Part shown: positions 58,739 to 64,000 of the stretch, piece after piece
Layout of the letters: each line of letters begins with the position of its first letter
How positions within the stretch are numbered: position 1 is the stretch's first letter
NCBI RefSeq assembly: GCF_030144855.1
Contig: NW_026778903.1
Span: 434,001-498,000 of the forward strand
Reading direction: 5' to 3'
Length of the DNA: 64,000 nt
Origin: Hypanus sabinus
Lineage: Eukaryota
Notes under the pieces: model-generated
Seen by the model: the letters and a program-made list of their open reading frames with translations, nothing else
The model's database searches: none
Told to the model about the DNA's origin: nothing
Translations under genes and position numbers: made by a program

Positions 58739-61262
58739 CAGGGTCAGACAATCAATGAATCTCCACCTCTCCCTGCTATCCCATGATAGACAATCATTTG
58801 GCCCTTCATGTCAGTACCGCCATTCAATGTGATCATGGTTGATCATCCACAATCAGTACCCCGTTTCTGCCTTCTCCCCATATCCCTTCACCATCTTTAA
58901 GAGCTCTATCTAACTCTTTCTTGAAAGCATCCGGAGAATTGGCCTCCACTGCCTTCTGAGGAAGAGCATTCCATAGATCCACAACTCTCTGGGTGAAAAA
59001 GTTTTTCCTCAACTCCGTTCTAAATGGCCTACCCCTTATGCTTAACCTGTGGCCTCTGGTTCTGGACTCTCCCAACGTCGGGAACATGTTTCCTGCCTCC
59101 AGCGTGTCCAATCCCTTAATAATCTTATATGTTTCAATCAGATCCCCTCTCATCCTTCTAAATTCCAGTGTATACAAGCCCAGTCGCTCTAATCTTTCAA
59201 CATATGACAGTCCCACCATCCCAGGAATCAATCTCGTAAGCCTACGCTGCACTCCCTCAATAGCAAGAATGCCATTCCTGAAACTTGGAGACCAAAACTG
59301 AACACAATACTCCAGGTGTGGTCTCACCAGGGCCCTGTACAACTGCAGAAGGACCTCTTTGCTTCTATACTCAACTCCCCTTGTTATGTAGGCCAATATG
59401 CCATTAGCTTTCTTCACTGCCTGCCGTACCTGCGTGCTTACTTTCAGTGACTGATGAACAAGGACACCTAGATCTCATTGTACTTCCCCTTTTCCTAACT
59501 TGACACTATTCAGATAGGAATCTGCCTTCCTGTTCTTGCCACCAAAGTGGATAACCTCACATTTACCCACATTAAACTGCATTTGCCCACTCACCCAACC
59601 TGTCCAAGTCACCCTGCATTCTCATAACATCCTCCTCACATTTCACACTGCCACCCAGCATTGTGTCAACCGCAAATTTGCTAATGTAACTTTTAATCCC
59701 TTCATCTAAATCATTAATGGAATTGTAAATAGCTGTGGTCCCAGCACTGAGCCTTGCGGTACCCCACTGGTCACTGCCTGCCATTCTGAAAAAGCACGGT
59801 TAATCCCTACTCTGTGTTTCCTGTCTGCCAACCAATTTTCTATCCATGCCAGTACCCTACCCCCAATACCATGTGCTCTAATTTTGCCCAATAATCTCCT
59901 ATGTGGGACCTTATCAAAGGCTTTCTGAAAGTCCAGGTATACTACATCCACTGACTCTCTCTTGTCCATTTCCACAGCTACATCCTCAAAAAATTTGTTA
60001 CTGTTGTTACGGATTCAAGCAACAATAAATATGATTGAGGCAGGGTTTTGATAACAAACAAAACATTTATTACACACTGAAAAACAAACCCCCAAAAGTA
60101 AACAAATAACTGGAAATCAGCTGCTGTGCGGCAGCTTAAACAGTTTGTTAAAGCGATGTGGCAAAAACAGTTCTTCAAAGTAGTATTGCAAAAGTTCAAA
60201 ATGCTTTCAGTCCATTTAAGGGAGAGACTTTTTAAGATGGTTTAAATTCTCTTACACATCGTGTCGCCGCAGTTCCCCTTCGAACTTCCCCTCCCACGAA
60301 GAATTTACGAAGGTGAAATGAAACGGCTTAAAGGCCCTGACCTTTCCTTTACAAAACTGTACCCAAACCCTTTCTACTATTCACAGGGATTAACACGAGC
60401 ACAGTCAACGAATTCCTTCCGAATGAGGATCAAACAAGGTCGAACCTGTTTCACCGTCAAAATCGACTTTCCTCGATCTTTTAGCTCCCGAACTCGGATC
60501 TTCACTCTCCACTGATTTTGAACTAGCAGCATTATAAAGAAACTGCTGGCAATGACCTTTTAAACTTTAGACATTAAATAAAACTCCATCTTTCAACTAA
60601 ACTGCGTCATAACATTAAATCACGCAGTGGCATGAAGTCAACATGGCAAAACCAGCCAGGAACGGCCCCTCCTCACAGGGAGGGGTCCTCCTTTCATACC
60701 CTGTAAAACAAACCTGTCACATGTCCTCTACTGGCGGGAAAATGACGTCACACCACCATCACAAGACCAGTATAGATGCAACACCAGTCAAGTGACAAGT
60801 ACACCACTCTCACGTGCCACAGGTAGTAACACTGTTAACCAAATGTGCCGCTACTTCATCTTTTATAATTGACTCCAGCATCTTCCCCACCACTGATATC
60901 AGGCTAACTGATCTATAATTCCCTGTTTTCTCTCTCCCTCCTTTCTTAAAAAGTGGGATAAGATTAGCTACCCTCCAATGCACAGGAACTGATCCTGAAT
61001 CTATAGAACATTGGAAAATGATTACCAATGCATCCACGATTTCTAGAGCCACCTCCTTAAGTACCATGGGATGCAGACCATCCGGCCCTGGGGATTTATC
61101 AGCCTTCAGTCCCATCAGTCTACCGAACACCATTTTCTGCCTAATGTAAATTTCCTTCAGTTCCTCCGTTACCCTCGGTCCTCTATTACGTCCGGGAGAT
61201 TGTTTGTGTCTTCCCTAGTGAAGACCGATCCAAAATACCTGTTCAATACCATACTGGAACCA
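58739..61262 (-). mobile_element. CR1-type LINE inserted in gene B intron 2
   Basis: ORFs 58833-59417, 59706-59975 and 60810-61133 are CR1 RT; the flanks rejoin as gene A's uninterrupted intron (cagcccc...gata.agggtgaaa). Confidence 0.92.
60005..60831 (-). mobile_element. Solo LTR (827 bp) nested in the CR1
   Basis: TGTTAC...GTAACA termini, 4-bp TSD CTGT at 60001-60004 and 60832-60835. Confidence 0.85.
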
Positions 61263-61422
61263 GATACAGGGTGAAACTCCCTCTGCAATGTCCCATCGCC
61301 CACTGCATGGGTCCGATGAAATGCAGTTCCCTGCACCCTGTCCCGTCACTGGGACCGGACACAGAATGAATCTCACTCCCATCCTGGACACAGAATCTCC
61401 CTCTATGCTATGTTGTACTTAC

Positions 61423-61469
61423 GAGCAGCCGATACGACCGTGAACAGCCACACACATTCTGCGATGGAC
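61423..61469 (-). CDS. Gene B exon 2: signal-peptide core SIAECVWLFTVVSAA
   Basis: 47 nt, phase 2 to 1, canonical splice sites. Confidence 0.85.
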
Positions 61470-61637
61470 CTGAGGAGAAAGATAGGTTGAGGTGAGGAGT
61501 GAACTCTGCAGAATCTGGTCGCACCTCAGACAGTCATGAACAGCTGAAACTGTCCAGTCAGCCATCTGCTCTTAAATGCTCCCGGGCAGCAGGCCCACGA
61601 CCGGTAGGTCGAGAAGCAGGAGCACCGGGATCTTTAC

Positions 61638-61651
61638 CTGAGGAACACCAT
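61638..61651 (-). CDS. Gene B exon 1: MVFL(R)
   Basis: agaATGG start, cctcag|gtaaag donor in phase 2; CCAAT and GGAAGT elements at about 61780-61835. Confidence 0.7.
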
Positions 61652-62039
61652 TCTCCGGGCGGACAACCACTCCGAATTTCTTCACGACCACTGTGCGGAA
61701 AATACACCGATGCCTAATCCTCTCTTTGAAGCGTGCCCGCCTCACATTTACACCTTGCTCCCGCCCACATTCTAAGCACTGATTGGTTGTGCTTTGCGCA
61801 CGCCACTAACAGGGCAGCCAATAGGAAGTCCGCATTTAGTAACCCGAAATAACCCCGAGTCAATGGAGAGCATTTTGATGCTTGGACTGCGGAAATTCCG
61901 TAAATCTGTAAGCTTCTTTGCAGTCTGTGTCATGCAAGTTGAATTTGATAGGTAACTCCTTATTTTGGAATGTCTTATTAACTCCACCTTTCTGGTTCCG
62001 GTTTAGAAGGGGTTAAGTGTTCGCGGCAGTAAGTGGGCA

Positions 62040-62860
62040 TCTCCCCCCTCTGATCCTTGTAAACGGAACAAGTGCTACACCTGCCCTTACACTTCCTCCC
62101 TCACCACCATTCAGGGCCCCAGACAGTCCTTCCAGGTGAGGCGACACTTCACCTGTGAGTCGGCTGGTGTGGTATACTGCGTCCGGAGCTCTCGGTGTGG
62201 CCTTTTATATATTGGTGAGACCCGACACAGACTGGGAGACCATTTCACTGAACACCTGCGCACTGTCCGCTGGAGAAAGCAGGATCTCCCAGTGGCCACA
62301 TATTTTAATTACATGACCCACTCCCATTCTGATATGTCTATCCATGACCTCCTCTACTGTCAAGATGAAGCCAAACTCAGGTTGGAGGAACAACACCTTA
62401 TATACCGGCTGGGTAGCCTCCAACCTGATGGCATGAACATTGACTTCTCTAACTTCCGTTAATGCCCCTCCTCCCCTTCTTACCCCATCCCTGACATATT
62501 TAGTTGTTTGCCTGTTCTCCCCCACCTCCCGTGCTCCCCCCTCTTTTCTTTCTCCCTAGGCCTCCCATCCCATGATCCTTTCCCTTCTCCTGCTCTGTAT
62601 CACTTTCACCAATCACCTTTCCAGCTCTTAGCTTCATCCCACCCCCTCCGGTCTTCTCCTATCATTTTGCATTTCCCCCTTCCCCCCTCTACTTTCAAAA
62701 CTCTTACTAACTTTCCTTTTGGTTAGTCCTGCCGAAGGGTCTCGGCCCGAAACGTCGACGTCGCTTCTCCCTATAGATGCTGCCTGGCCTGCTGCGTTCC
62801 ACCAGCATTTTGTGTGTGTTACTGTTTGAATTTCCAGCATCTGCAGATTTCCTCGTGTTT
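62040..62860 (+). mobile_element. Penelope-like retroelement 3' part encoding a GIY-YIG endonuclease
   Basis: CKRNKCYTC...VVYCVRSSRCGLLYIGETRHRLGDHFTEH...LEEQHLIYRLGSLQPDGMN; 3' tail with a degenerate hammerhead at 62726-62759. Confidence 0.92.
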
Positions 62861-64000
62861 GATCTCCCCTCCTCTCTCCCTGCATCCTGGCCCTTCCCCC
62901 ACTCCTCTCCCGTCTCTGTGCCGCCGGGCAGTTTGACAACAGTAGGCAAGGGAGCAAGTTAGGCCATTCGGCCCTTTGAGTCTGTTCTGCCATTTAAATA
63001 GGATTTTTCCCATCTCTCTGCTCCCTTTTATATGTTTTCTCTCACCATAAACATGTCTCCTTGATTCCCCAACTCTGGAGGTGGGAACTTGTTTATATCC
63101 TTCAAATTTTATACCCCTCTGTCAGATCACCCCTCAGTCTCCGTGGCTACTTACTGTGCAGAAAGTCCCAATGAATTCAACATCTGTCCCTCAAATCCCC
63201 TCGGCTCTCTCTACAGCTGAATGGCATCTGTCCAATGGCAGGGTGATCGATATTGTAAATCTCCCGATTGATGTAGGCCAGCGGTCCTGTCTACCTGTGC
63301 CACTGCACACAAAACATGTACTTGACTATAAGAGGACTTGACATATTTCTTGACACAAAATGCAGTGGGTCAGGGTGGGAGAATTTGTATTCTGTGTTTG
63401 TTCCATGTGAAATGCATTGTTTGTATAAACAGCTGAAAGAGGTGCAGGGGACACAGTAGCATAATGGATAGCAGGTCCTTTTATAAAGCCAGTGACCCAG
63501 GTTCGATTCCCACCACTGTCTGTAAGGAGATGTATTTTCTCCCCATCTCTGCACGGGATCCGACGGGTGCTCAGGTTTCTGGTCTCCTCCCACATTCCAA
63601 AAGGGACAGATTTGTCTGGAGAATGAAATCTTAAAAATGTAGAAGACAATGGTGGGTTAATGAGAGGTAGCTAAGAGATGTAGATTAGAACATGATTAAG
63701 TCCTTGTAAACGGAACAATAGAAACAATAGTGGCGGATGTACATGTGATACATAGCTATAGACCGATTGGATATGCTAATGCAACTAAACCAGGAGATTG
63801 CTATAAAAATGCTGTGTCCAAAGATCGGTGGGTAATCAGCAACTAGCTCAATGACTGTCTCAGCTTTGATTTGCAAATTAAAGTTTAACCCTTCTTGAAG
63901 AATCTTCTGCGTCTCCTGGTCATTTGTGAGGCACGAGAAACCACGACAGTAACTCCTTATTTTGGAATGTCTTATTAACTCCACCTTTCTGGATCTGGTT

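Overview
Repeat-rich vertebrate genomic DNA, probably from a cartilaginous fish (inferred from the CR1, Rex1/Babar, Penelope and tRNA-SINE content and the gene types). It looks like an immune-receptor cluster transcribed on the minus strand. The centrepiece (19.9-37.4 kb) is one NKp30/NCR3-like gene model: a single leader exon (MRAQLRKLILLLLL), then 11 tandem, nearly identical, intact 360-nt phase-1/1 Ig V(J)-type exons at about 1.5 kb spacing, then one TM/cytoplasmic exon with a Lys inside the membrane segment (activating-receptor type). It can encode anything from a 174-aa single-V receptor to a 1374-aa 11-domain receptor. Flanking it are two complete six-exon models (gene A 0.5-6.3 kb, gene B 55.8-61.7 kb) of a second, unrecognised type-I membrane family with an 82-aa six-cysteine ectodomain. 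There are also a frameshifted third ectodomain exon, three orphan first exons and five paralogous candidate terminal exons carrying a Tyr motif. The rest is LINEs, solo LTRs with target-site duplications, a deleted pogo-like transposon, MITEs, Penelope elements with hammerhead motifs, a 69-bp minisatellite and two assembly gaps. All exon models come from manual splice-site and phase reading; there is no expression evidence.
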